From assembly GCA_965247915.1 (NCBI GenBank), contig OZ252048.1:2859740-2923739 (forward strand): 64,000 nucleotides of DNA. Direction: 5' to 3'. The notes beneath the pieces are model-generated. The model was not told the DNA's origin and made no database searches. It was given only the letters and a program-made list of their open reading frames with translations. This document shows positions 39,430 to 48,662 of the stretch, piece by piece. Source of the stretch: Paracoccaceae bacterium (GTDB taxonomy: Bacteria; Pseudomonadota; Alphaproteobacteria; Rhodobacterales; Rhodobacteraceae). A program made the position numbers and the translations under genes. Positions within the stretch are counted from its first letter, which is position 1; the number at the start of each line of letters is the position of its first letter.

Positions 39430-40181
39430 ATTTAATAGATCAGGCAGCACTGTTGGATCGCCAACGTCATCCAGCGTTAAATCCGAACAAACGATATCGC
39501 CAGTCACAAGGTTCAGACCAAGGTGAAGTTTACGCCACCGTTTGCGTTTGGCCTTTACATTATACTTGCTTTGCAGCCACTCACCCTCATCGAAAACCTT
39601 CAAACCCGTACTGTCGATGGCCAAGTGGACCGGATCTGTTATTTTGATTTTGGGCCTTGCCGGAAGGCTCAGACCACGCCCTCGGCGCGACAGGGTCGAG
39701 AAATCAGGAACTGAAATTTCCAGCAGCATCAGCTTTGATATGCTGCGTATCAGCCCTTGGGTCTGGCGCAGCGGCAACCTGTAAACCATGCCCAGCGTCA
39801 GGCACATCGTGATCGCCAGATCCGAGTATCGCGGCTGGCCGCCGCGTGACCTGCGCCGTGGTGCAGCCCAGTGCTTTCGCGCATCCCCTGTGATCCAGAC
39901 CGTCAAATCACCACGATTTCGCAGGCTTTCATTATACCCGCACCAGTTCGTCACCCGATATTTCTTCTTCGCAAACTTGTGCCGGCGGGAGGTGTTGAAT
40001 TTATGCGGCATTAAGCATATCCGTGGTCGTGGCAAAAGCCTGTGTTAACACTTGACACCCGATCCGTGCAACAACGCCGATCGACATGGATACCCAAACC
40101 ACTCAATTTCCACGGCGATGAAATGAGCAGCATCAACGGTCCGGTGAGGAGCCACCCGACCGCAAAAGCCAGCGTCAAAAT

Positions 40182-41003
40182 CTAGGTTTGATCTGTAAGA
40201 CGTTGGACAATGACCCGAGCAATCGGCGTGTCCAGCATCTCGAGTTCTTCCACGATGATAGGGTGCAACGCTTCGTTTTGCATCGCGCATCTGCCGAGAT
40301 GCCGTATGACATCCTCATCAGCGATGGCCACCAGAGCAAAGACAATTTCGCTGGTGGGATTCCTGTTCAGTTCAGCAAGCAACCCCGGTCGTGCCCCCTT
40401 ATGGCCAAGGTTACCCATCGCAACCAGGGCAGACCGGCGCACCAAAGCATACGGGTCCGTGAGACCCGCTTCCAACACATGCGCGGGGGGCTGTGTGCGC
40501 TGCGCCAGTGTAAATGCCGGAGCGCGCACCATAGGATCTTCGTGCTCCAGCCACGGCAGGACCAACCGCAGGGGCACGTGCAGTCTGGAGGTAACGGCTG
40601 CCTGCAGAGCGTGCGGAAACAGGCAGGCCGGCAAATCTTTGGCATCAATGACCCTTTGGATCACGTCCCGAGCCGGCCCGCCGCCTATGCTACCCAATGT
40701 GTTCAATGCAAGAAGCTGTTCTATCAACGGACTGGTAATCCCAAACCCCCTGAAGCGAAGCCAGAGAGCCTCAAGAGCGGGAACTGCCGCATCTCCGAGA
40801 CCCCGCTGAGTAACCTGCTCGCACAGAGCGTGGACATTGGACAGGGTCGCCTTTGGAAGTTGCTCGATGAGCTCGTGGTCATCAAGTTCGGTGGGATCAA
40901 TGTCCTCTCTGGGTGAACTGGCATCGGCGACGTCATGACCGCGCTCGCCAAACAGATCCCACTGTTCAGGCTTCTTCTGCCGTGTCTTCCCCGTGCCTGC
41001 CAT
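40182..41003 (-). CDS. HEAT/PBS-lyase-repeat protein of unknown function
   Basis: 273-aa ORF with repeated units of the type EDPMVRAPAFTLA and DPYALVRRSALVAMGNLG. The N-terminus carries KKPEQWDLFG. Confidence 0.5.
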   Translation of the reverse strand: MAGTGKTRQKKPEQWDLFGERGHDVADASSPREDIDPTELDDHELIEQLPKATLSNVHALCEQVTQRGLGDAAVPALEALWLRFRGFGITSPLIEQLLALNTLGSIGGGPARDVIQRVIDAKDLPACLFPHALQAAVTSRLHVPLRLVLPWLEHEDPMVRAPAFTLAQRTQPPAHVLEAGLTDPYALVRRSALVAMGNLGHKGARPGLLAELNRNPTSEIVFALVAIADEDVIRHLGRCAMQNEALHPIIVEELEMLDTPIARVIVQRLTDQT

Positions 41004-41262
41004 GTTGCCTCGTCTCTATACGCCTCCGTGCGGTCAATGGACCTGTCCCGCTTTCGTTCCGCTCCGGTTGCCCATTCAAGCGGCGATCCTTCATCGTGAC
41101 GCTGGATTATCCCGTCATTTTGCGCGTTACTTCCGCGACTCCAAGATTTTCTCATCACCCTTGATAAGGTTCAGTTTTATCACGTCTGTTGATTGTCGCG
41201 TAATTTTGTCTCTAGTTTGCACGAGAATCGGGGGACCCCCCTGCCCCTCTATTGTGTGAAAT

Positions 41263-41286
41263 TAGCAGCTACAAAAACAGCTGCTA
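41263..41286 (-). terminator. Candidate intrinsic terminator after the TA operon
   Basis: There is an 8-bp perfect stem TAGCAGCT/AGCTGCTA with an 8-nt loop. On the coding (-) strand it is followed by ATTT, about 30 nt downstream of the antitoxin stop. Confidence 0.35.
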
Positions 41287-41314
41287 GCACGTCTTTGCTC
41301 TCTGTAGACGCGCC

Positions 41315-41608
41315 CTACTGCAATTCCAGGCGTATGCTACGCCCGACAATCTGAGCTGCACGGGACAGAACACTCAGCGTCACCCCATCGTTCTGCGGAT
41401 CAAGGAGACGGTCCAGTTGCGAGCGACTGGTTTCAAGCCTTTTGGCCATCTCAACCTTTGTGATCTTCTGTTCTTTCATCGCCTGGGCAAGTTGAAAGGC
41501 CAGAACACGCTTTACAGCCTGTTCAGTGGTGGCCTCATAGGTGCTTTGATCTTTGAGAAAATCCTGAAAGAGAGCTCCGGCTTTGCCTTTTTCTACGTCT
41601 GTGGTCAT
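41315..41608 (-). CDS. higA: XRE-family HTH antitoxin (HigA-like)
   Basis: 97-aa ORF with HTH ITKVEMAKRLETSRSQLDRLL. It overlaps the upstream toxin gene by 4 nt. Confidence 0.65.
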   Translation of the reverse strand: MTTDVEKGKAGALFQDFLKDQSTYEATTEQAVKRVLAFQLAQAMKEQKITKVEMAKRLETSRSQLDRLLDPQNDGVTLSVLSRAAQIVGRSIRLELQ

Positions 41609-41958
41609 TTCAGGCCTCTCATTCTCCTGTCTGCAACGTTCAGCTCCCTGGGCGGCGTCTTCTGTGTTTTCTTGATGAACCCATGCAAGAGCACCATGGC
41701 GCCTTCATGCGCGCAGAAAAAAACGCGGGCGATCCGGCCATCACTTAAGTTCGTCCTGATCTCCCACAAACTTTTGTGGCCCTTGAGCGATCGGCAAAGC
41801 GGCATACCTATCGGCCATCCGAACTCTGCGGTGCGTATATCGTCACCAATCGCCTTTCGATCTTCCGAGCGTAACTCTAAGAGCCATTCACGTACCGGCA
41901 CCCTGCCCGTTTCAGTCTCGAAAAACCGCGCCGACAGTCGCTTTTCTGTTTCTACCAT
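41605..41958 (-). CDS. higB: RelE/ParE-superfamily toxin, Gp49/HigB-like
   Basis: 117-aa ORF. The motifs FETETGRVPVREWL, LWEIR and ARVFFCAHEGAMVLLHGFIKKTQKTP match Gp49-like toxins. The toxin-first gene order is typical of HigBA. Confidence 0.65.
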   Translation of the reverse strand: MVETEKRLSARFFETETGRVPVREWLLELRSEDRKAIGDDIRTAEFGWPIGMPLCRSLKGHKSLWEIRTNLSDGRIARVFFCAHEGAMVLLHGFIKKTQKTPPRELNVADRRMRGLK

Positions 41959-41963
41959 GATAT

Positions 41964-41979
41964 GTACCTTACAAGGTAC
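41964..41979. promoter_or_regulatory. Candidate antitoxin operator
   Basis: Perfect palindrome GTACCTT-AC-AAGGTAC, 6 nt upstream of the toxin start codon. Confidence 0.4.
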
Positions 41980-42472
41980 GTTTTCGCAAGCATTGTTTTC
42001 TCAAATCCTTTGAGGGCCGCCATTTGGGGTCGTGCGCCACACCATAGCCGCCGCAGACGCGCCCCGTGTCGGATCGCAAACTTAATCCGAGATATCAATT
42101 TCTTTACCGACCATCGGGCTGACAGTACCCATTAGATCAACAATTACAAACTAGGATCGTTGTTGGCTCGGTCCAAAAGAAACCCATCGGAAACGACGTT
42201 CCTACTTTAGTTTTAGTCGGCCCCCAATTGCATGGTTTCGTAGTTTAACAGGGATAGGGACGCAACTTGGGTGTTCATTTGGTAGCCTACCCTACTCTAC
42301 TTTTGGAATTCCAAAGCAACCAACTGGAAGATACTTACCTTAGTATACCACTATATGTTGTGGTATCATTGGCATACCATGGCTACTCTACCTTATGGAA
42401 CTCATCCATTGCCATGACACGGCCTGTCTGACATACTCATAGGCAGGCAAAAACAATAAAAGTAGAGCAGAC

Positions 42473-43153
42473 ATGCCGGTAATTTCATTCGCGTCGTCTA
42501 AAGGCGGCGCTGGCAAAACTACATCCACAATCGTTCTCGGAACTGAACTTGCACAGGGCACAGGCGTTGTCATGATTGACGCTGACCCGGCGGCCAGGCT
42601 ATATCGCTGGTCGCAAATCATTAATCTACCCACAAATGTGAGGGTAATCAAATCCGAGGGGGAAAGATCTATCCTCGACGAAATCGAAGACGCTGCTTCG
42701 AGCGCTGCATTTGTCTTAATCGACCTCGAAGGGTCGGCCTCGCGCTTAGCTTCCTTTGCGATTGGAGAGTCAGATTTGGTGATCATACCCTCTGGCGAAG
42801 AGCAGCAAGACGCAGATGCAGCCATCGATACACTCGCCGAGGTCTCGCGTGAAGGCAGGGCACGGCGGCGGGAAGTCCCGGCGGCCGTATTGTTTTGTCG
42901 GACAAACGCTGCTGTGAAATCGCGCCTTGAGAAGCACATCCATAAGCAGCTTGACACAGCAACCAGGGTATTTGAGACAGAGTTGCATCGCAGAACCGCG
43001 TTCTCTGCGCTGCATAACGCGGGGGCAGGTCTAAGACAGCTCGATCGAAGCGAATTCAATGGCGTTGCGAAAGCAATCGATAACGCCCAAGCATTCGCAA
43101 TCGAAGTTGTCGATATGTTGACAGAAAGAAAGGCGGTCAGCGATGCCGCGTGA
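42473..43153 (+). CDS. parA: ParA-family partition ATPase (small, type Ib-like)
   Basis: 226-aa ORF with the deviant Walker A SSKGGAGKTT, then VMIDADP and LIDLEG. Confidence 0.8.
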   Translation: MPVISFASSKGGAGKTTSTIVLGTELAQGTGVVMIDADPAARLYRWSQIINLPTNVRVIKSEGERSILDEIEDAASSAAFVLIDLEGSASRLASFAIGESDLVIIPSGEEQQDADAAIDTLAEVSREGRARRREVPAAVLFCRTNAAVKSRLEKHIHKQLDTATRVFETELHRRTAFSALHNAGAGLRQLDRSEFNGVAKAIDNAQAFAIEVVDMLTERKAVSDAA

Positions 43154-43445
43154 ACTTGATGTTTCGAAACTGTCGCAGTTTGAGCCTAGGGAGCGCAGGA
43201 GTGGCTCAGAAAGAGCCCAGGAGCTCCCACAAGCAGCGGTAGATCAACCAGCTAGACCATGGTCTTCTAGGGAGCCCATGGTGGATGGGCAGATCTCAGT
43301 AAAGGCGCCGGTGCAGACGATCGACCGCTTTAAAAAGTTGTGCAAAGACGATCGGCGCACGTATGCCGACATGCTGGGAATCTTGATGGATTCCTTTGAA
43401 AAGAACGAAGGTAGTGAGACTGTCCGATCTTCTGTGTATGAGTAA
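43143..43445 (+). CDS. Small partition partner protein (ParG/RHH-like candidate)
   Basis: 100-aa ORF overlapping the parA stop. Its position and size fit a centromere-binding partner. The fold is not verifiable by eye. Confidence 0.4.
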   Translation: MPRELDVSKLSQFEPRERRSGSERAQELPQAAVDQPARPWSSREPMVDGQISVKAPVQTIDRFKKLCKDDRRTYADMLGILMDSFEKNEGSETVRSSVYE

Positions 43446-43474
43446 TTTGGTCCATGCTTCACCAATGAAGGAGC

Positions 43475-44200
43475 ATGATGACAATGACGATTTCCAAGGA
43501 ACTACTGGACGAGTTGCTTAACGGCGTTGAACGGCCCGAAGATTTGCTGGGCGACAAAGGCCTGATGAAGGAGCTGAAAGTCCGGCTGATGGAGCGGATG
43601 CTGGGCGCCGAGTTGACTGAGCACCTGGGCTATGAGCCGCACGGGGAGCCTGCCAGCCAGCAATCCAACCGCCGGAACGGGGCCACTCGCAAGGTGCTGA
43701 AGGGCAATGACGGGGCGGTGCCGATTGACATCCCGCGCGACCGAGCTGGTCGTTTTGAGCCGGAACTGATCCAGAAAGGCCAGACCCGGATCGACGGGAT
43801 GGACGACAAGATCATCGGGCTTTATGCCGCCGGTCTGTCGACCCGTGATATCCGTGCCCACCTTGAAGAGGTCTACGGCCTGCGGATTTCAGCGGACCTT
43901 ATCAGCCGCGTGACGGACGCAGTTTTGGAGGAGGTTTCAGACTGGCAAAACCGGGCTCTGGAGCCAGTATATCCTCTCGTATTCCTTGATGCCCTTCGGG
44001 TCAAAATTCGCGACGCTGAGAGCCGCCAGGTCAAAAACAAGGCCGTTTATGTAGCTCTGGGGGTCACGCCAGAAGGCGAGCGGGAGGTTCTGGGCTTGTG
44101 GATTGCCAATAATGAGGGTGCCAAATTCTGGCTTTCAATCATGAATAATCTGAAGAACAGAGGCGTTGAGGATACCCTGATTGCCGTCGTGGACGGTCTC
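43475..44200 (+). pseudogene. IS256-family transposase, N-terminal about 240 aa only
   Basis: ...NRRNGATRKVLKG...PRDRAGRFEPELI...VFLDALRVKIRD...IAVVDGL matches the complete IS256-type gene at 53575..54777. Similarity stops after VVDGL. Confidence 0.75.
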
Positions 44201-44283
44201 ATACCAACGGCCCCCAGATTTGACTCAAGGGGATTCCCACGAGCGGCGTGATCTGATTCAGTGGCATCAAGGCAAGGGAGGCT

Positions 44284-44566
44284 TTGATGGCAGTAAGGAT
44301 TACGCGCAAAGACAAGTCCGCAGGCGAGCTTCGCCAGGAAGCGGCGCGGTGCCGGGATGGGAAAGCGGTGCGACGGATGTTGGCGATTGCCCTGGTTCTG
44401 GATGGGGTTGACCGCAAGACGGCGGCAGAAAACTGCGGCATGGATCGGCAGACGTTGCGGGATTGGGCCCACCGTTACAATGCGGAGGGCGTGTCGGGGC
44501 ACTGTCAGAAGAAAACTGGTTGAGGCGGGCAGGGCGGACGCCTAGCGTCGCCGGATGATAAAAAAA
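44284..44566 (+). pseudogene. IS630-family transposase N-terminal HTH fragment, cut by IS481 copy 2
   Basis: MAVRITRKDKSAGELRQEAARCRD...AAENCGMDRQTLRDWAHRYNAEGVSG is a typical IS630 leader region. The frame degenerates before 44566. Confidence 0.65.
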
Positions 44567-45799
44567 TGTATTAGTTCCGATTTGATCTGACACCGCCCCC
44601 AATCTTTTAGATTGAATTGGGGGCGGTGCATCTCTTGAAAGAGACTGCGGTTATCCGTTTTGATGGTGGTGCAAACCAAACCACAAAACGAGGAAACCAC
44701 GATGTTGAATACTACAGACAAGATCATCAAACACAAAGTCGGCTTGCTGAACCTGGCCGACGAATTGGGTAATGTGTCCAAAGCCTGTCAGGTCATGGGC
44801 ATGTCGCGGGATACATTCTATCGCTATAAATCAGCCGTCGATGATGGCGGCGTTGAAGCTCTTTTTGAACGCACCCGGCGCAAGCCCAATCTGGCCAACC
44901 GGGTGGACGAGGCGACCGAACAGGCGGTCATAAAATCGGCCACGGACTTCCCGGCCTACGGTCAGGCCCGCACCTCCAATGAGCTGCGCAAGCTGGGGGT
45001 CTTCGTCTCGCCCTCCGGCGTGCGATCCATCTGGTTGCGGCATGATCTGGCGAACTTCAAAACCCGCCTGAAGGCGCTGGAAGCCAAGGTGGCAGAGGAA
45101 GGTGGCATTCTTACCGAAGCTCAGGTTCAGGCCCTTGAGAAGAAGAAGCTGGACGATGAAGCCTGTGGCGAGATTGAGACCGCGCACCCTGGCTATCTGG
45201 GCTCTCAGGACACGTTCTATGTTGGCACTCTCAAGGGTGTCGGGCGGGTCTATCAGCAGACCTATGTGGACACCTATTGCAAGGTGGCACATGCCAAGCT
45301 CTACACCACCAAAACGCCGATAACTGCGGCTGATCTGCTCAACGATCGGGTGCTGCCTTTCCATGAGGAACACGACCTTCCGGTGCTGCGCATTCTGACC
45401 GACCGCGGAACCGAATACTGCGGCCGGGTCGACAAACACGACTACCAGCTCTTCCTGGCAATCAACGACATTGACCACACCAAGACCAAGGTTAAATCGC
45501 CCCAAACCAACGGGATTTGCGAACGCTTCCACAAAACAATCCTGCAGGAGTTTTATCAGATCACATTCCGCAAGAAGCTCTACGAAACTGTCGAAGCCTT
45601 GCAGGCCGATCTGGATCAATGGATCGACTTCTACAACACCGAACGAACTCATCAGGGCAAAATGTGTTGCGGTCGCACCCCAATTGAGACCATGATCGAG
45701 GGCAAGAAGATTTGGAAGGAAAAGTTCGTGAACTGAATGTGACCTGACAAATGCCGCCTGAAAAACGCGTAACTGTCAGATCAAGTCTGAACCACTACA
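44567..45799 (+). mobile_element. IS481-family element, copy 2, 1233 bp
   Basis: The transposase protein is identical to copy 1 in the ORF track, with the same termini and length. The flanks (GATAAAAAAA / CATTATCAC) do not form a direct repeat. Confidence 0.85.
44660..45736 (+). CDS. IS481-family transposase
   Basis: Identical 358-aa ORF to 38290..39366. Confidence 0.85.
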   Translation: MMVVQTKPQNEETTMLNTTDKIIKHKVGLLNLADELGNVSKACQVMGMSRDTFYRYKSAVDDGGVEALFERTRRKPNLANRVDEATEQAVIKSATDFPAYGQARTSNELRKLGVFVSPSGVRSIWLRHDLANFKTRLKALEAKVAEEGGILTEAQVQALEKKKLDDEACGEIETAHPGYLGSQDTFYVGTLKGVGRVYQQTYVDTYCKVAHAKLYTTKTPITAADLLNDRVLPFHEEHDLPVLRILTDRGTEYCGRVDKHDYQLFLAINDIDHTKTKVKSPQTNGICERFHKTILQEFYQITFRKKLYETVEALQADLDQWIDFYNTERTHQGKMCCGRTPIETMIEGKKIWKEKFVN

Positions 45800-45899
45800 C
45801 ATTATCACTCGCATAATCCGCGCGGTTCTCTTTGAAAAGCCGAACGCCGCGCGCGCGGAATTCAGATGTATAGGACGGGGTCGATTTCTTCTCTGTCAT
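45800..45899 (-). pseudogene. IS3-family OrfA N-terminal stub
   Basis: My minus-strand translation is MTEKKSTPSYTSEFRARGVRLFKENRADYASDN, ending at the IS481 boundary. Confidence 0.45.
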
Positions 45900-45990
45900 A
45901 GGGTTCATCCTTTGAGAGTTTTACCCTCCGGTAAACCCGGGGCGGTTCATCTTGCGCGCGGCCTCTCGCAAAAAGCGCCGGTTTTGTCGG

Positions 45991-48222
45991 CTATCGTCTT
46001 TCCGTGCCGGCCGAAGCGCCATCATCCTGATCGCCGAGCCATTCGTCCAGCTTCGACCAACGTCGCCGCCCCGAGACGTTGCGCACGGCGATGGCCACCG
46101 CCTTCTTCTGGCCGGCCAGCACCACCAGCCGTTTGCCGCGTGTCACGCCGGTGTAAAGCAGGTTCCGCTGCAACATCGCGTAATGCTGCGTCAGAACGGG
46201 GATGACGACGGCGGGGTATTCCGAGCCCTGGCTCTTATGAACGGTCGCGGCGTAGGCCGGCACCAGCGTATCAAGCTCGCCATAGCCATAGGTGACGGCG
46301 CGGCCGTCGAACCCGGCCGTCAACTCGCCGGCATCGGGATCGACATCCTCGACATAGCCGATGTCGCCGTTATAGACCTCCTTGTCGTAATCGTTTTCGA
46401 TCTGCATCACCTTGTCGCCGGGCGCGAAGGTCCAGCCGAAACGCTCGACCTTGCGCTCGCCGGGCGGGTTGAGCGCGGCTTGCAATTCGATGTTGAGAGA
46501 GCGGGCACCGATGCCGCCGCGGTTCATGGGGCACAGCACCTGGATGTCGCGGACCGGATCGAGCCCAAAGCGTCGCGGGATGTGTGTCTTCACCAAGTCG
46601 ACAATCCGCGCCACCGCGGTTTCCGGATCGTCCGCCGGCACGAAATAGAAGTCGCTGTCGCCCTCGGGCTTCGTGAGATCGGGAATGACGCCTCGGTTGA
46701 TCTTGTGCGCGCTGTCGACGATCCGGCTCAGCGCCGCCTGGCGGAAGACCTCGGTCAAGCGCACGACGGGGACCGCGCCCGAGGCGATGATGTCGGCCAG
46801 CACCTGCCCCGGACCGACAGAGGGCAGCTGGTCGATGTCGCCGACGATCAGCAAGGCGGCGGTGTCGGGTACGGCCTTGAGCAAGGCCTGCATCAGCATG
46901 ACGTCCACCATCGAGGCCTCGTCGACCACCAGCAGGTCGCAATCGAGTGGGTTGTCGCCGTCGCGCTTGAACCCACCCCTCTTGGGGTCCATCTCAAGTA
47001 ACCGGTGTATCGTCTTGGCCTCGAAACCGGTGGCCTCGCTCATCCGCTTGGCGGCCCGGCCCGTCGGTGCGCAGAGCACGATGTCCACGCCCTTGGCGGC
47101 CAGAATGCGCAGGATGGCGTTGACGAGGGTCGTCTTGCCCACGCCCGGCCCGCCGGTGATGACCATTGCCTTCGACGTCAGGGCCAGGCGAATGGCGTCG
47201 GCCTGGCTTGCCGCCAACGACAAGCCGGTCTTCCGCTCGACCCAGGGCAGCGCCTTCCCGGCATCGATACCCGGCCACGGGTGCTGCCCGCCCGCGATCC
47301 GCAGAAACCGTTCCGCGATGACCCGTTCGGCCCGGTACAGGCCGGCCAGGAATATGCAGGCGGTCCCCGCGACCGCCCCCGCGACGACCGTTCCTTCGGC
47401 CAGCTCGAGGTTCAGCGCGGTCTGGACGAGTTCCCCCGGCACGTCCAGCAATTCGACGGCGAGAGGCGCGAGATCTTCGCCCGGCAGCCCGCAATGACCG
47501 TCGTCCATCGCCTCGGTCAGCGCGTACGCGATCCCCGCGCGCACCCGGATCATCGCGGTCTTCTCGATGCCGAGCTTCATCGCGATCGCATCGGCGGTCT
47601 TGAACCCGATGCCGCGAATGTCTCGAGCAAGGCGGTACGGGTTCTCGGTCATGACCTGAACCGCATCCACGCCATAGGTCTTGTAGATACGGACGGCCCG
47701 CACCGTGCCGACGCCGTTGGCGTGCAAAAACACCATGATCTCGCGAATGACCTTCTGTTCCGCCCAGGCGTCGGTGATGCGTTTGGCGCGCACGCGGCCA
47801 ATGCCGGTCACCTCGCGCAGCCGCTCCGGCTCGGCCTCTATGATGTCGAACACCGTCTCGCCGAACGCCTCGATCATTTTCTTCGCATAGACCGGCCCAA
47901 TGCCGCGGATCATGCCGGAGCCGAGGTATTTCTCGATACCGTCGATCGACGTCGGCGCCGAGGTACGCATGAACCGCGCCTTGAACTGGTGGCCATGGGT
48001 GCGGTCGTTGATCCATTCCCCCGATGCCGTCACCCACTCCCCGGCCGAGATGACGGCGGCATGGCCGACGACCGTCACCAGATCGCGGTGGCCCCTGGCC
48101 TTCGCCCTCAATACGCAAAACCCGTTATCGCCGTTATGAAAGGTGACGCGCTCGACGAGGCCGGCCAGCACTTCCTGGGCCGGCGCGTCCGGTTGTGGCC
48201 TGGCTTGGCTGTAGCGGCTCAC
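45991..48222 (-). CDS. recD2: RecD2-type SF1B DNA helicase
   Basis: 743-aa ORF with an OB/HhH-rich N-terminus (GIGPVYAKKMIEAFG, GIGRVRAKRI, GIGFKTADAIA), Walker A GGPGVGKTT, DEASMVD, and the tail YAATVHKSQGSEYP. The GTG start overlaps the upstream stop (GTGA). Confidence 0.8.
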   Translation of the reverse strand: MSRYSQARPQPDAPAQEVLAGLVERVTFHNGDNGFCVLRAKARGHRDLVTVVGHAAVISAGEWVTASGEWINDRTHGHQFKARFMRTSAPTSIDGIEKYLGSGMIRGIGPVYAKKMIEAFGETVFDIIEAEPERLREVTGIGRVRAKRITDAWAEQKVIREIMVFLHANGVGTVRAVRIYKTYGVDAVQVMTENPYRLARDIRGIGFKTADAIAMKLGIEKTAMIRVRAGIAYALTEAMDDGHCGLPGEDLAPLAVELLDVPGELVQTALNLELAEGTVVAGAVAGTACIFLAGLYRAERVIAERFLRIAGGQHPWPGIDAGKALPWVERKTGLSLAASQADAIRLALTSKAMVITGGPGVGKTTLVNAILRILAAKGVDIVLCAPTGRAAKRMSEATGFEAKTIHRLLEMDPKRGGFKRDGDNPLDCDLLVVDEASMVDVMLMQALLKAVPDTAALLIVGDIDQLPSVGPGQVLADIIASGAVPVVRLTEVFRQAALSRIVDSAHKINRGVIPDLTKPEGDSDFYFVPADDPETAVARIVDLVKTHIPRRFGLDPVRDIQVLCPMNRGGIGARSLNIELQAALNPPGERKVERFGWTFAPGDKVMQIENDYDKEVYNGDIGYVEDVDPDAGELTAGFDGRAVTYGYGELDTLVPAYAATVHKSQGSEYPAVVIPVLTQHYAMLQRNLLYTGVTRGKRLVVLAGQKKAVAIAVRNVSGRRRWSKLDEWLGDQDDGASAGTERR

Positions 48223-48596
48223 GACGTGCCAAGTTGCGTCACGGTCAACAAGTCCTTGACGAGGTTGAATTGCCGCGCCCGCTCCGCCACCGCCTCCGGA
48301 TCTTCGAAGTCCAAGCCGCCGTCTTCCACGGCGGCCAGGTCGCTCTCATGGCGCTCGCGCTCGATGCGCGCGAGGTGCGCCTGTATCTCTTGCGGCGTGA
48401 ACATACTCCGCACCCGGGAAACGAAGCGGGGCAGCTCGCTCGCGAATTCGGGATGCAGGGCGGCGGCTTCGGCGAAGTTCAACAGTTTCTCGGCGACCAC
48501 GTAATCGAAGGCCGATTTAAGCCCGTATCGCAGCCTGATGGTCTCGGCGGCCTCGCACTGCTGCACCCAGATATGATGCCAATCCCGCTCCGTCAT
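48219..48596 (-). CDS. Hypothetical protein, translationally coupled to the helicase
   Basis: 125-aa ORF with no motif I recognise. It has a 4-nt overlap with the downstream helicase start. Confidence 0.45.
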   Translation of the reverse strand: MTERDWHHIWVQQCEAAETIRLRYGLKSAFDYVVAEKLLNFAEAAALHPEFASELPRFVSRVRSMFTPQEIQAHLARIERERHESDLAAVEDGGLDFEDPEAVAERARQFNLVKDLLTVTQLGTS

Positions 48597-48662
48597 GCGC
48601 CGCTGAATTCCCGGAAGTTGAGTCGGATCTTCGAGATGGCTAGGGTAGATATCATCCCTCTC

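Larger units (their letters stand above)
37738..40078 (-). mobile_element. IS5-family element, copy C, split by a nested IS481-family insertion
   Basis: The transposase lies in two pieces (37794..38196 C-terminal part, 39430..40035 N-terminal part). The length of 2341 bp equals 1101 + 1233 + a 7-bp duplication. Confidence 0.85.

Noticed and set aside
40188-40916. 242-aa and 199-aa + strand ORFs opposite the HEAT-repeat gene
   Set aside because: They have no recognisable features. The minus-strand frame shows a repeat structure consistent with a folded protein, although that gene itself is only moderately supported.
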